From a bacterium (GTDB taxonomy: Bacteria; UBA8248; JACPRG01; G963555815), in NCBI GenBank assembly GCA_965261595.1, contig CBDHDG010000007.1:864001-928000 (forward strand): DNA of 64,000 nucleotides, written 5' to 3'. The translations under genes and the position numbers were made by a program. Shown here one piece after another: positions 40,658-54,050 of this stretch. The notes under the pieces were generated by a model. That model worked only from the letters and a program-made list of their open reading frames with translations. It did not search any database and was not told the DNA's origin. How positions within the stretch are numbered: position 1 is the stretch's first letter; each line of letters starts with the position of its first letter.

Positions 40658-40943
40658 CGGCCCGTGGTCCTGTTGGGGCCGTTTCGGGTTTCCGGCGATG
40701 GAGGATGTAGATTTTCACTCTTTCGATTGCTTCCATGTTTTCCAAGAGATGTATTTAAAGAGTTAAAGTTTTACTTGATTGTTCCCGCCAAATGCGCCAA
40801 AGTGGACGAAGGTCGATGGTTGGAGCCATCGTAATTCGAGGGCGCAGGGGATTTTGGAAGTTTTGAATCACATTCGGAATTTGAAGCGGTTGATCGAGCC
40901 GTTCCGGGGATGGGCCCGAAGGGGGCGTCTCCGATTTTGCCGA

Positions 40944-41621
40944 ATGTCGATCGTCCCGGCCGGACTGATCTTCGCCTTGCTCGGGTTCGGCGCCGCCCAT
41001 GCCGGAGAAATCAACATCGTCGCCTTCGGCGGGATTTATGACGCCTTCGGCGCGGACGCCAGCCTCTCGGACACCCCGTCTTCACGCGAGCCGGATGACG
41101 TGGTATTCAAGACGGGGAGGATTTACGCGGTGCGTTTCGAGGGCTTCAGCACCAGCACCCATTCAGATTTCTTCGGTTTTGGAATCGGGCTTTCGTATAT
41201 CCAGCGGGAATTCACTTTGCGCACCAAGGAATCCACCTTCCGAAGGACGGATGTCGAATCCGACATCCTTGAAATCAGCATGAGCGCCATGTTCCGCCGC
41301 CCGAGCGGCTGGATCCGGCCCTACGGGGGAACGGGGCTGTCGGTGTTGCTCGTCGATGAATCGTTGAAGGACAGGCGAGAGGAAACCACCGGGACGGTCA
41401 CCCAAAACTCGTCGATTTCATCCAACGACGTCGGTTGGCATTTTTTCAGCGGGGTGAAGGTCTTCCAGCCTGAAAGCCTTTTCCCGAATATGCCGGGCCG
41501 GTTCTTCCTGGTGGGTGAATATCGTTACCTCTGGGCGAATGTCGTTGCGGAGGGAAAGTCGGGGTTCAGAAGTCTGAAAGACCAAATCAACGGACAGTTT
41601 TTTCCGTATTTATATACTTGA
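40944..41621 (+). pseudogene. Outer-membrane beta-barrel (OmpA/porin-like) protein, C-terminus apparently truncated
   Basis: Signal peptide ending AHA; IRPYGGTGLS and alternating beta-strands; the last strand runs into the inverted repeat and lacks a terminal aromatic residue. Confidence 0.65.
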
Positions 41622-41689
41622 CACAGACGACCACAACATGTAGGTCGCGCCCGCGTCTCGGCTGACCACAAGATGTAGGGGCATGCTTC
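41610..41689 (+). repeat. 80-bp inverted repeat, left arm (promoter, two NrdR-like boxes, RBS/ATG)
   Basis: 75/80 identical to the reverse complement of 42428-42507 by manual alignment. Confidence 0.95.
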
Positions 41690-41734
41690 CATCGATCCGT
41701 TTCCAGAAGATGCGCTCTATCAGATCGTTCGGTT

Positions 41735-42350
41735 TCATTGATCGATAAAATCCACGCGCTGAATATCGCCCTTTTCATTGAAGTGTAAAAACAACTTTTT
41801 GTTTATATGCAATGTGTTGTTGGTTTTTCCTTTTCTTCCGTACTTAAACTCAAATTCAAGACCGCCCTCAAAAACGCCGCTTCTCTTCTGCTCTATAGGA
41901 TATGTAGTGATCGTCAAACCACCCCATCCCTCCTGCAGGGATGGTATAGCTATTCTTGGCATATGGCTCTTTTGTCGGGTACAACTTATCAAATGTTGAG
42001 ACGACATTTACAACCTCAAATGTCACCGGGAAAAGAGCTTTGTTGTTAAACGTAGCACCAATCCGCAGTGATTTTACTACACCAGCTTTGTCGATTATTC
42101 TGTCAGTTCTCACACTATGAAAGTTAAGCATATCCGCAACTCTATTACGATACCGCCATTCGCTGAATCGCAACAATCCCATAGAGGAAACTGAAAACAG
42201 AATGACCGCTCCAACATATAGGTTGAACAACTGGATATGTTGCGCAAAACCGATCGTGACGCCAGCCGCCGTGACCGCAATGGGCCATATCCAGCTCCGC
42301 AGTAATTCACCCGCCAAAAAGAGGGCGACTTTGCGAAGCCAATTGAGCAT
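41735..42350 (-). pseudogene. Low-GC hypothetical membrane protein (about 2 TM plus soluble domain), frameshift near 41900
   Basis: ORF 42350-41868 (...WFDDHYI) continues naturally in the frame ending at 41735 (PIEQKRSGVFEGGLEFEFKYG...DFIDQ). Confidence 0.65.
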
Positions 42351-42359
42351 GATTCAGTC

Positions 42360-42388
42360 ATTGTATGATCCCTCTTCGGTTGAGTCAA
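42360..42388 (-). promoter_or_regulatory. Near-consensus sigma70 promoter for the cassette gene (near-leaderless)
   Basis: TTGACT-N17-TACAAT; ATG follows 9 nt after the -10 box. Confidence 0.65.
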
Positions 42389-42427
42389 GCGCATAATTGC
42401 GAATCCAACTCCACCATGACTTGAGTT

Positions 42428-42507
42428 GAAGCATGCCCCTACATCTTGTGGTCAGCCGAGACGCGGGGACGATCTACATGTTGTGGTCGTCTGCGTCAAG
42501 TACATAA
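42428..42507 (-). repeat. 80-bp inverted repeat, right arm
   Basis: Partner of 41610-41689. Confidence 0.95.
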
Positions 42508-42592
42508 TTCCGATCATCCTGGGTTAGAAAGCGGAAATGTTAGCGGAGTTCGGGGATGGGATCAAAGAAATAAGGGCGCGTCGCAAAGGGCG

Positions 42593-43996
42593 TCATTTCC
42601 CTATACAAAACTCCCGGAAGATTCCGTCCAGAAGGTCCTCGTTGAAATCTTTTCCCAACAGACCCCCCAGGGCGTTCATGGCTTCGGTGAGATCGACGGC
42701 GACAAGCTCGGGCGAGAGGCCCGCCTTCATGGCCTCGATGGCCGCGCCGACGAATTCGGCGGCCGCCTTGACGCGCTCGCGGTGGCGCTCGCGCGTGAGC
42801 AAAAGCTCCTCGTCCGCCGACCCCCCCCCCAGGACAGTCTCGACCATGAGGGCCTCCAGGGCCTTCAGGCCATCCCCCCGCAGGGCCGAAACCCGCGCGA
42901 ACCGTCCATCCGGAAAAAGCCGCCCGGCCTCCTCCGGACTGACGGCCGACCCCAGATCGGCCTTGTTCAGAACCCCGATGACCGCCGGACCGGACGGGGG
43001 GGGCGGGGGGGGGGAGGCGGCAAGCTCGCTCAGGATGGTCCTGTCTTCATCCGTCAGGGGGACCGAGGCGTCCAGGACGAGGAGGATCAGCGAGGCCGAC
43101 CCCGCCATCCGCCAGGCCCGCTCTACGCCCGCGCGCTCGACCGGGTCCGCCGATTCCCGCAGGCCGGCAGTGTCGATAAAGCGGAAAGGGATCCCGCCGA
43201 TGACGGCCGTCTCCTCGATGGTGTCCCGGGTCGTTCCGGGCACGGGGCTCGTGAGGGCGCGGTCCTCTCGCAAGAGCAGATTCAGGAGCGAGGACTTGCC
43301 GACGTTCGGCCGGCCGACGATGGCCGCCGGCGTCCCCTCGCGGATGGCCCGTCCCGCGTGAAAACTCCGCAGCAGAAACTCCAGCCGTTCGAGCGCGCCG
43401 CCCGCCCGTTCGACCAAACGGGCCGAGGCCTGGATCTCGATGTCCTCATCGGGGAAATCGATGGCCGCCTCGAGTTGGGCGGCAATCCCGATCAGCTCTT
43501 TCCACACCGCCTCCAGCTCCCGCGAGAGTCTCCCGGAGAGGTGTCCCAGCGCCGCCCGGAGGCCCGCCTCGGAGCGCGCCGCGATCAGGTCCGCAACCGC
43601 TTCGGCCTGAACGAGGTCCATCCGGCCGTTCAGAAAGGCGCGCCGCGTGAACTCGCCCGGCCCGGCCGGCGAAGCGCCGCGATCGATCAAGAGCCGCAGG
43701 ATCGCGCGGAGAGAGAAGGGACCGCCGTGGCCGTGAATCTCGGCGACGTCCTCGCCCGTGTAGGAGTGCGGGCCGGGCATAACCGCCAGGAGACACTCGT
43801 CGAGGACTTCGCCCGTCTCAGGGTTCGTCACATGGCCGTGGAGCAGTTTTCTGGGTGAGAACTCCGGGAAGGGGTCGCCTTGCGGCGTGCGGAAAATTTC
43901 GTGTGCGAGATCGAGAGCCCGGGGGCCGCTGAGACGGATAATCCCGACGGCCCCTTCGCCCGGCGCCGTTGCGATGGCGGCGATGGTCTCGGTCAC
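42593..43996 (-). CDS. mnmE: tRNA modification GTPase MnmE
   Basis: TIAAIATAPG, GRPNVGKSSL, DTAGLR and FCIGK motifs; start may be 44071. Confidence 0.96.
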   Translation of the reverse strand: MTETIAAIATAPGEGAVGIIRLSGPRALDLAHEIFRTPQGDPFPEFSPRKLLHGHVTNPETGEVLDECLLAVMPGPHSYTGEDVAEIHGHGGPFSLRAILRLLIDRGASPAGPGEFTRRAFLNGRMDLVQAEAVADLIAARSEAGLRAALGHLSGRLSRELEAVWKELIGIAAQLEAAIDFPDEDIEIQASARLVERAGGALERLEFLLRSFHAGRAIREGTPAAIVGRPNVGKSSLLNLLLREDRALTSPVPGTTRDTIEETAVIGGIPFRFIDTAGLRESADPVERAGVERAWRMAGSASLILLVLDASVPLTDEDRTILSELAASPPPPPPSGPAVIGVLNKADLGSAVSPEEAGRLFPDGRFARVSALRGDGLKALEALMVETVLGGGSADEELLLTRERHRERVKAAAEFVGAAIEAMKAGLSPELVAVDLTEAMNALGGLLGKDFNEDLLDGIFREFCIGK

Positions 43997-44078
43997 GGGC
44001 GTCCCGGAATCGGGGCGGGAGGTCGAGCGGGGGGGAGGAGAAGGGCGGGGGGGAACCGGGCCGCGAGGCATGAAAGGC

Positions 44079-44702
44079 TCAGGGGGCCGGCGAGATGACG
44101 ACGCGGCGGAAAGCCCCCTCCCCTTCGCTGAAGGTCTCGACGCCGGCTTCGTCCCGAAGGGCCAAGTGGATGACGCGGCGGTCGCGGGCGTTCATGGGCC
44201 GGCAGGGAATCCGCTCCCCCGTCCGGGCGGCCTTTTCCGCCAGGCGAAGGGCCATCTCCCGGAGCTGCTCGGCCGTGCGCTCCCGATAACCTTCGGCGTC
44301 CAGGATGATCCGAATCCGCTCGTGGGGCGGCCGGTTTACGATCCGGTCCACCAGATACTCCAGGGCGTCCAGGGTCTCGCCGCGCCGGCCGATGAGGAGG
44401 CCGAGCTCCTCGCCGGTGATTTCCAGCCGCGCTTCGCCCTCCAAGAGCCGCGCGTTGACCGACGCCTCGAAACCCATCCCAGCAAGCAGGTGTTCCAGTG
44501 TCTTGCGCGCCGCGTCCAGCCGATCGGCGCCCTCGGTGTAATGGATGCGCAAGCGCACCGGGGAGCGTCCCAGGATCCCCAAAAACCACTTCCCGGAGTC
44601 GACGGTCTCGATATCAACGTCCGCTTCCCGCAGCCCGAGCCGGGCCAGCCCCTGAGCCAGCGCGTCCTCTCTGGATTCGCCTTCAACCTCGATCGTGCCC
44701 AA
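44079..44702 (-). CDS. jag: Jag/EloR (KhpB) RNA-binding protein
   Basis: KH LIGRRGETLDALEYL; R3H RRVIH; SEGEG. Confidence 0.93.
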   Translation of the reverse strand: MGTIEVEGESREDALAQGLARLGLREADVDIETVDSGKWFLGILGRSPVRLRIHYTEGADRLDAARKTLEHLLAGMGFEASVNARLLEGEARLEITGEELGLLIGRRGETLDALEYLVDRIVNRPPHERIRIILDAEGYRERTAEQLREMALRLAEKAARTGERIPCRPMNARDRRVIHLALRDEAGVETFSEGEGAFRRVVISPAP

Positions 44703-44728
44703 CCGTTTGCCTCCGAGGGAAACCCGCC

Positions 44729-46555
44729 TCAGTTCTTTCCGGCCCTCGCCTTCGATTTTTTGGCCTTCGTCTTCTGCGTCTTGGCTTTGGCCTTGGGGGG
44801 GGTTGGTTTCTCGGCCGCCGCCTTCGGGCGGGCGGGCGAAGGGGCTCGCTCCACGAGAGCCGCCTTGGGTTGGTTGCCCCGGCGCAATGTGAAATATTGC
44901 TGAATGATGCTCAAGATGTTGTTCGTAAACCAGTACACAACGAGTCCGGAGGGGAACGTGTAGAACATGAAGGTGAAGATGATTGGCATGAACAACATCA
45001 TTTTCTGCTGCATTGGATCGCCCGCGGCGGGGGTCATCTTCTGCTGAAGAAACATGGACCCGCCCATCAAGAGCACGAGGAGCCGAAAATCAATGTCCAG
45101 GCCGGGAATGGCGAAGAGCCCGGTTTCGGGCGCCGAGAGGTCCAACATCCACAAAAACGGCGCCTGTCTGAGCTCGATGGCCCCCAACAAGGCGTTGTAG
45201 AGGGCGAAAAAGACCGGGATCTGCAAAACCATCGGGAGGCACCCGCCCAGGGGATTCGCCCCGCGCTCTTTGTAGAGCTTCATGACCTCTTCGTTCATCC
45301 GCTGTTTGTCGTCCTTGAAGATCTCCCGAATCTGTTTCATCTTCGGCTGGAGCTTCTGCATCGCCTGCATGGACTTGGTGCTCTTCTGCGTCAGCGGATA
45401 AAAGATGATCTTGATCAGGATGGTCAGAAGGATGATGGCCACCCCGTAGCTGCCGGTTACGTGGTAAAAGAAGCGCAGCCCTGTCAGTGCGGGTCCGGCA
45501 AGAAAGCTGAAGATGCCCAGATCGATGGCCTCTTCGAGGGAGACCCCGTAATCCCGGGACACCTGCTGAAAAATGGTCTGGTCTTTCGGTCCGGCGAAAA
45601 GCAGAAACTGCCCTTCCCCTCGCGAGCCGCCGCCGTATTGCAACCCCACAAGGACGCCCCCGTCCTCACGGACGACGCCACCGTCGAATTCACTTCGAGG
45701 AACCAGGGCCGCCATGAAATACTTGTTATGGATGGAGGCCCATTTGACCTCCTTTTTATAGACAATCCGTTTCCCTTTTTCGATGTCATCGTCGTTGCGC
45801 AATTTCTTGCCCTGAAGAATCACCGGCCCTGTCGTTGCGTAGCGGTCTTGCTCGTGCCCTTCCGAGGCGATTCCGGGCCCCCAGAGGATGGAAAGATCCT
45901 CCGAAGGGGATTTCCCCGCCCAGCGGGCCATCGCGTCAATGACGTACGACCCATATTTGAAGCGGAGCGTTTTCGTAACGGCGTCCCCGCCGGGAGAGCG
46001 ATAGACCAGCTCCACGCTCCCCTCAAGCCGATCCGGATTCAAAATCAGCGAATCCCGATTCGCCGAGTAGACGGCTTGGTTCGCCCGTGCGCCCAGCCCT
46101 CCTCCTCCGTCCAGGAAGAGAGGCCGCCAGCTTCGGCCCGAGGAAACCGTTCCGGCCTTGCCCCCGCCCTTTTGGGTCCCCCCGTTGGCCACCAGGTCCA
46201 AATACTTCCCGCCGGAATCCTTATAGCGGAGGAGCGTCAAGCCCTTCACGCCGGCGCCCAGGGTGGTGAGAACGATTCTCGCCACACCCGTATCCACAAC
46301 AATGTCTTTTGCGGGCGAGGGTCGGGCGGGCCCCGGGATCGCCGCCGGCGCGGGCCGGGTTGGTTTCGGTTTCGCCCCCCGGGCGCTCTCTACCTTTTGG
46401 GCCGCGCCTTGCCTTGCCTTCAAGGCCGCCGCTTTTTGCGCTTCCTCAAGCCGCGCCTTCCGCTGCGCCTCCAATTGGGGGTTGAGGAAGAAATACTGGT
46501 ATCCAAGCAGGACGGCCATCGAGAGAACGGCCGCACTGATTGCGCGCTTATCCAT
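44729..46555 (-). CDS. yidC: Membrane protein insertase YidC
   Basis: YGVAIILLT and NPLGGCLPMVLQIPVFFALY motifs. Confidence 0.96.
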   Translation of the reverse strand: MDKRAISAAVLSMAVLLGYQYFFLNPQLEAQRKARLEEAQKAAALKARQGAAQKVESARGAKPKPTRPAPAAIPGPARPSPAKDIVVDTGVARIVLTTLGAGVKGLTLLRYKDSGGKYLDLVANGGTQKGGGKAGTVSSGRSWRPLFLDGGGGLGARANQAVYSANRDSLILNPDRLEGSVELVYRSPGGDAVTKTLRFKYGSYVIDAMARWAGKSPSEDLSILWGPGIASEGHEQDRYATTGPVILQGKKLRNDDDIEKGKRIVYKKEVKWASIHNKYFMAALVPRSEFDGGVVREDGGVLVGLQYGGGSRGEGQFLLFAGPKDQTIFQQVSRDYGVSLEEAIDLGIFSFLAGPALTGLRFFYHVTGSYGVAIILLTILIKIIFYPLTQKSTKSMQAMQKLQPKMKQIREIFKDDKQRMNEEVMKLYKERGANPLGGCLPMVLQIPVFFALYNALLGAIELRQAPFLWMLDLSAPETGLFAIPGLDIDFRLLVLLMGGSMFLQQKMTPAAGDPMQQKMMLFMPIIFTFMFYTFPSGLVVYWFTNNILSIIQQYFTLRRGNQPKAALVERAPSPARPKAAAEKPTPPKAKAKTQKTKAKKSKARAGKN

Positions 46556-46563
46556 AAAACCTC

Positions 46564-46800
46564 TCAGCGCCTTCCGTCAGGCTGGGGAAGCGGGTCGTCG
46601 CCGCCCGGATGGAACGGATGGCAACGCAGAATTCGCCTCGCGATGAAAAAAAGGGCCTTGGGGGCGCTGTAATCATGGATCGCCTGCAAGGCATAGGCTG
46701 AACAGGTCGGATGAAATCTACAGGTTCGCGGCAGAAGGGGAGACAGCAGGATCTGGTAAAGCCGAACCGGCATCGCCAGGAGAAACTTGGTCGGTCGCAT
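46564..46800 (-). CDS. yidD: Membrane protein insertion efficiency factor YidD
   Basis: YQILLSP..CRFHPTCSAY..ILRCHPFHPGG. Confidence 0.93.
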   Translation of the reverse strand: MRPTKFLLAMPVRLYQILLSPLLPRTCRFHPTCSAYALQAIHDYSAPKALFFIARRILRCHPFHPGGDDPLPQPDGRR

Positions 46801-47179
46801 TCTGGCCTTCTTCAGGAATTTCTCCGCCGGGCCCGCCCTTGGACGCACGCCTTAGCGAGCGCTCCAACTGCCAGCAAAGCGCCCCAAATGTCAGCCGCTC
46901 GATTCCGGGTCTCGCGACGATGATCACATCCGCGCCCGCCGCCAAGCCGGCGCTCGCTCTGAAGGCCGCTTTAAGACGCCGCCGGACGAGGTTTCTAATC
47001 ACCGCGTTCCCGACCCGGCGGGAAACCGACAACCCCAGGCGCGCCCCCCCGGCCGGGCAACAATCCACCGGCGCGGGCTCGGCATAGAGCCGGTAGCTCT
47101 GGGTCCGATCGGCCGGAACCCGCGAGCAAACCCGGTTGAAGTCTCTATGCTTTAGGCGGCCAACTGTCTTTGGGGTCAT
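46718..47179 (-). CDS. rnpA: Ribonuclease P protein component
   Basis: RLGLSVSRRVGNAVIRNLVRRRLK; C-terminal tail overlaps yidD. Confidence 0.9.
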   Translation of the reverse strand: MTPKTVGRLKHRDFNRVCSRVPADRTQSYRLYAEPAPVDCCPAGGARLGLSVSRRVGNAVIRNLVRRRLKAAFRASAGLAAGADVIIVARPGIERLTFGALCWQLERSLRRASKGGPGGEIPEEGQNATDQVSPGDAGSALPDPAVSPSAANL

Positions 47180-47211
47180 TCCAGCGGCCACGGGAAGTGA
47201 GGCCCTCCGCC

Positions 47212-47346
47212 TTAAACGGTCAGGCGCTTTCGGCCCTTTCTCCGTCGTCTGCTCAAGACCCTCCGACCCGAACTGGACGACATTCTCGCAAAAAAGCCGT
47301 GCGTCCGGGCCCGCTTGATCCTGGAGGGCTGGTATGTTCGCTTCAC
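47212..47346 (-). CDS. rpmH: 50S ribosomal protein L34
   Basis: Manual [47 protein letters not shown] after an AAGGAGG RBS. Confidence 0.97.
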   Translation of the reverse strand: MKRTYQPSRIKRARTHGFFARMSSSSGRRVLSRRRRKGRKRLTV

Positions 47347-47683
47347 GCAACAGTTCCTCCTTCGCTCGCCGGGGTGACAACCCCGGCCGCGATTGAGCCC
47401 CAGAACTCTCGGGCAAATTAAGTTTAGATTTCTGAAGCCCGGGTGTCAAGTTCGCTAACTTTTTTGTTGAAAAATCCATCCGGGTCTGGTATGATCCAGT
47501 ACTCGAAAAGGGGGTTTCCGTGTGGTGGGTGGACAACACACAACCCATTGATTCCATGCCTGTTGTTTCTATCCTGAGTCCAGGGTTCCTGTGTTTCATT
47601 TTAACCCTCGAATGGGGTGGTTTCCCGAGACCATAAACACATGTTGAAAACGCTCCACCTCATCTATAAATAAAGGGTTATCC

Positions 47684-49042
47684 ATGGATGGCATGTCGGT
47701 TATCAACACGGAAACCGGGAAGATTTGGAGTGATTTACTGGATCGCGCCAGAAAGGTGACGCGAGAGCAGGCGGTTGAAACCTGGCTCATGCCGGTCAAG
47801 CCCCTTGGCCTCGACGGGTCGACCCTAAACCTCCTTGTCCCCAACCGATTCTTTCGCGAATATCTCCAAGATCGATTCGCGTCCGTCCTCTCCGATGGTC
47901 TTCGGGAAATAACCGGTCGGGATTTCACCCTGAACCTGATTGTCGACGACACGGCGGGCGATGATTCTCCGCCCCCTCCCTCGCCAAGACCGGAAGAGAG
48001 GGCCGTGGGCGCGCCCAGGCACTCGGGAGTTCTTGATGAGAAATACACCTTTGAGCGGTTTATTGTGGGCAGCTCGAACCAGTTTGCGCATGCGGCGGCC
48101 GAAGCGGTGGCCAAGAACCCCGCCACGGCGTACAACCCCCTGTTCCTCTATGGTGCCGTCGGTCTGGGGAAAACCCACCTCATGCACGCCATCGGCCGGC
48201 ACATCCTGGAGAACAACCCGAGCGCTCATCTCATCTACACCTCCTCAGAGGATTTCACCATCGAGTTGATCAACGCCATCCGCCGGGATCGAATGACGGC
48301 CTTCCGGGAAAAACACCGGCGCATGGATGTCCTCCTTGTCGACGACATCCAGTTCATCGCGGGCAAGGACCGCACCCAGGAGGAGTTCTTTCACACCTTT
48401 AACACCTTATATGAATCCAAGAAGCAGATCGTTATTTCCAGCGACAAGTTCCCGAAGGAAATGGTCGAGCTGGAAGAGCGCCTCCGATCGCGGTTTGAAT
48501 GGGGGCTCGTCGCCGACATTCAATCACCCGACTTGGAAACCAAGGTTGCCATCCTCACAAAAAAAGCGGAGGAAAGCGGGGTCGACCTGCCGCAAGATGT
48601 CGCGCTGCTCGTGGCCAAGAAAATCAGGACGAACATCCGTGAGCTTGAGGGTTGTCTCATCCGCCTCTCCGCGTTCAGCTCCCTGATAAAGCGGCCCATC
48701 TCCGTCGAGATGGCGGAAGAAATCCTCGAACAAATGTTCTATGACGAACAGCATTCGATTTCTATCGACAGCATCCAAAAGGCGGTCGCGGCTCACTTTT
48801 CGATGAGGGTTACGGACCTGAAATCCAAGCGCCGCCATCGAAGCATCGCCGAGCCCCGGCAAATCGCGATGTTTCTGGCAAGGGAGCTCACCGGCGCCTC
48901 CCTCTCGGAAATCGGACAAAAATTCGGCGGTAAAGACCACAGCACGGTCATTCACTCATGTAACAAGATTGCGAACATGAAAGACAAAGACAGCCGGATT
49001 ATATCCGCGTTGAACCAAATCCGCCGCGCGCTTAATGTGTGA
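47684..49042 (+). CDS. dnaA: Chromosomal replication initiator DnaA
   Basis: YNPLFLYGAVGLGKTHL, DDIQF, RLRSRFEWG and GGKDHSTV motifs. Confidence 0.98.
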   Translation: MDGMSVINTETGKIWSDLLDRARKVTREQAVETWLMPVKPLGLDGSTLNLLVPNRFFREYLQDRFASVLSDGLREITGRDFTLNLIVDDTAGDDSPPPPSPRPEERAVGAPRHSGVLDEKYTFERFIVGSSNQFAHAAAEAVAKNPATAYNPLFLYGAVGLGKTHLMHAIGRHILENNPSAHLIYTSSEDFTIELINAIRRDRMTAFREKHRRMDVLLVDDIQFIAGKDRTQEEFFHTFNTLYESKKQIVISSDKFPKEMVELEERLRSRFEWGLVADIQSPDLETKVAILTKKAEESGVDLPQDVALLVAKKIRTNIRELEGCLIRLSAFSSLIKRPISVEMAEEILEQMFYDEQHSISIDSIQKAVAAHFSMRVTDLKSKRRHRSIAEPRQIAMFLARELTGASLSEIGQKFGGKDHSTVIHSCNKIANMKDKDSRIISALNQIRRALNV

Positions 49043-49249
49043 ATACAGGGTTTAGTGATGGGGGAAAATATGTGTAAAAAAAAGGCCTCTGGTTTCTGTT
49101 GTGGATTTCCTGATATTTCTCAACAAAAAATCCAGCCGCTATCCCGTTGTAATTCCAGCCCCAATACCTGTTTTCCACGTTTCCACAACCCCTTCTCCTA
49201 TAACTATCTTTATTTCTATATTTATTAAAGAAGGAACTTATTCATCGTT
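49043..49249. other. Replication origin oriC (DnaA boxes, DnaA-trios, AT-rich DUE)
   Basis: TGTGTAAAA (49071); tandem TTTTCCACG/GTTTCCACA (49171-49187); C-rich spacer; then CTT CTC CTA TAA CTA TCT TTA TTT CTA TAT TTA TTA (49192-49227). Weaker boxes also lie upstream of dnaA. Confidence 0.85.
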
Positions 49250-52866
<3,617 letters not shown>

Positions 52867-52880
52867 CCGGGACCGGCTAG

Positions 52881-54050
52881 GTGCGAATCAAGAGTGTTCA
52901 GATAGACGGTTTTAAGTCCTTCCGGAAATTTGACTTGGACTTGAAGCCTCTCAACGTCCTCATCGGCCCCAACGGTTCGGGGAAAACGAACTTCGTCGAC
53001 TTTTTCAAGTTTATCCGTGAGGCGGCCGAGGAGGAACTCATTGAACCATCCCTCAGGCGCGGCGGCGCGTCAGGGATCGTCTTTCGCGGGTTAAATGAGA
53101 AGGAGCAAAAGGTATCCGCGTCGTTGGATTTCGCTTGGGACGATGAGTCACAGAGGCATAATCGGGGGATTTATAAGCTTCGCTTGAGGCCGCAGCCAAC
53201 TGATGTCCTCGTTGATGCGGAAGAATTCGTTCTCGTGGACCGAGAAGGCCGCGAGGCACCTTCCCCTGAAACCGGGCTTAGATCGGAGGTCCTCTCAAGG
53301 AGACGGTTAGCGATTGGAGAGACCCTGCCCACTTACGGCGGCGAGCCCGGGATCCACGGGTTTAATCGCTTGGGAGTCAGGGATTTTGCCTGGATCGGTG
53401 ACGCCGCAAGGGGCTGGAGGTTTTACGAGACAATTAATACCGGACCGAGGTCGGAGATTCGGATGCCCGCGCTCGCACGGAGTGGTTTCGAGCTAAAGGA
53501 GGATGGGTCGAACCTTACGAGTGTTCTACATAGCCTTCATAGTTTTCCTGAGGGCGAAAAAACGTACAAGGAAATCGAGGAGACACTTCATTTGGTCTTC
53601 AAAGATTTCAAGAAGATGACGTTCCCCTCACAGGGAGGCGACGGGAGATTGTACTTAAATTGGAGAGAGGGGCCATTCAGCGAGGAAACGTTCTCCGCGA
53701 TGTTCCTTTCCGACGGGATGCTGAGATTTTTATGTATGCTGGCGATTTTCCGCTGCCCGACACCACCACCACTCATCATCGTTGAAGAGCCGGAACTCGG
53801 CCTTCATCCTGATCTGATTCGGCTTGTTGCCTCCCTCGTGAAAGAGGCGAGCTCCCGGACGCAGCTCATCGTGACCACCCATTCGCCCGATCTGGTCTCG
53901 GAGCTTGAGCCCGAGGACGTTGTTATCGTTGAGAAGGCGGATGGCGCTACAGAAATGCGCCGGATTTCAGGGCCTAATCTTGAGATCTGGTTGAAGGAGT
54001 TTAGACTAGGCGAGCTTTGGTAAATGGGAGAAATTGGCGGGCGGCCTTGA
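52881..54050 (+). CDS. AAA_21/ABC-type ATPase; in-frame TAA at 54021-54023 removes the last 9 codons
   Basis: GPNGSGKTN, LSDGMLR, IVEEPELGLHP and TTHSP motifs; tail reads LGELW*MGEIGGRP*. Confidence 0.85.

Noticed and set aside
41610..42507. Repeat arms as a CRISPR array, integron attC or dif/Xer sites
   Set aside because: Only two inverted copies and no spacers or cas genes; no RYYYAAC/GTTRRRY attC ends; no 11-6-11 dif match.
41602..42512. TTCCG on both flanks as a 5-bp target-site duplication
   Set aside because: The left copy is offset 3 bp from the repeat boundary, so it could be chance.
46718..47599. 293-aa extended RnpA
   Set aside because: The upstream part overlaps rpmH in another frame; the true start is near 47179.
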